64,000 bases of DNA from Phoronis australis. Its lineage: Eukaryota; Animalia; Phoronida. Position 1 is the stretch's first letter. Each line of letters starts with the position of its first letter. Positions 63,306 through 64,000 of this stretch are shown one piece after another. The position numbers were made by a program, and so were the translations under genes. The notes beneath the pieces were generated by a model. The model did no database searches, was not told the DNA's origin, and saw only the letters and a list, made by a program, of their open reading frames with translations. The stretch lies in contig NMRA01000706.1 of assembly GCA_002633005.1 (NCBI GenBank), forward strand, positions 128,635-192,634, in the 5' to 3' direction.

Positions 63306-64000
63306 AATTAGGTGTTTTAATTTTAAAATTCAACTTGGTCCAGATTGATATTTGAAATCTAACACATGAAATAGACGTAAGAATTATTACAACCAAGAAA
63401 GCATTGATGGTCAAATAATTTTTATTTTCAATTACGAGCCTGTTTTTTATTTTAATAAAAATATATTTAATAACATCAATTATTCTTTCAGACCAATGAC
63501 AAATCAACTGTTAGTCCCAGTGAGTGCATAGGATCAGGCTATGCTTGATGCTAATATTATTGATCGAACAAATTAAACCAGATGTGACTAATTGCACATG
63601 ACAGACACCACTGTCGAATATACCTTCAACTCGTCAACAATACGAGCAGATGGTCCGCGTAGAAAGTATTTTGATCAACAATTTACAAGAAAAAACGTAA
63701 CCCTGCATTCAGCATAATCCGTAACACTACGATAGCCGCAATTTGGTCATATTTACTTTTCATGTTTCGAACCTAGTTTTCCGAAAAAATTAAACCCTTT
63801 CGTCAGACAATTCTTTGGAGCCTTAACTTGTTCTCTAATGCAATTTTCTACGTCTCTGTGGTTAATTGTCGACACATCATTAAAATTTAATATCCGGGTT
63901 GGACTCGAAAGACCGGCTATTTAACTCACGCAATGTCTACTTTCGCTTTATTTATCGCAGTGAGCCTCGCTTTGGATCTTAATGGCCGCCGCGTGAATAG

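Noticed and set aside
59076-63507. Long ORFs of 155-243 aa in the ORF track
   Set aside because: Artefacts of translation through N gaps.

Overview
AT-rich eukaryotic genomic DNA, probably a marine invertebrate (inferred from repeat content), from a draft assembly with two ~0.5 kb N gaps and several single-N joins flanked by near-identical duplications. The only host gene I can reconstruct is a spliced four-transmembrane MS4A/CD20-like gene on the minus strand: five coding exons at 7510-14627, about 175 aa, all introns phase 0 and GT-AG. It is largely invisible in the ORF track. The rest is mostly transposon-derived. (i) An internally deleted Kolobok element (18997-20691; TTAA TSD, ~160-bp TIRs, convergent THAP-transposase and P2X7-ballast-like KolX remnants) nested in a larger 5-bp-TSD non-autonomous element. 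(ii) A decayed AcademX element with both TIRs (47520-51498). (iii) 3' fragments of Hero-like, RTE-X-like and L2/Crack-like LINEs. (iv) Several MITE families. (v) A 76-bp hairpin tandem array. (vi) A large foldback-type structure whose inverted arms carry a 193-bp satellite (53872-61757). No rRNA, intact tRNA or CRISPR array was found. All family calls are from motif recognition by eye, not database searches.
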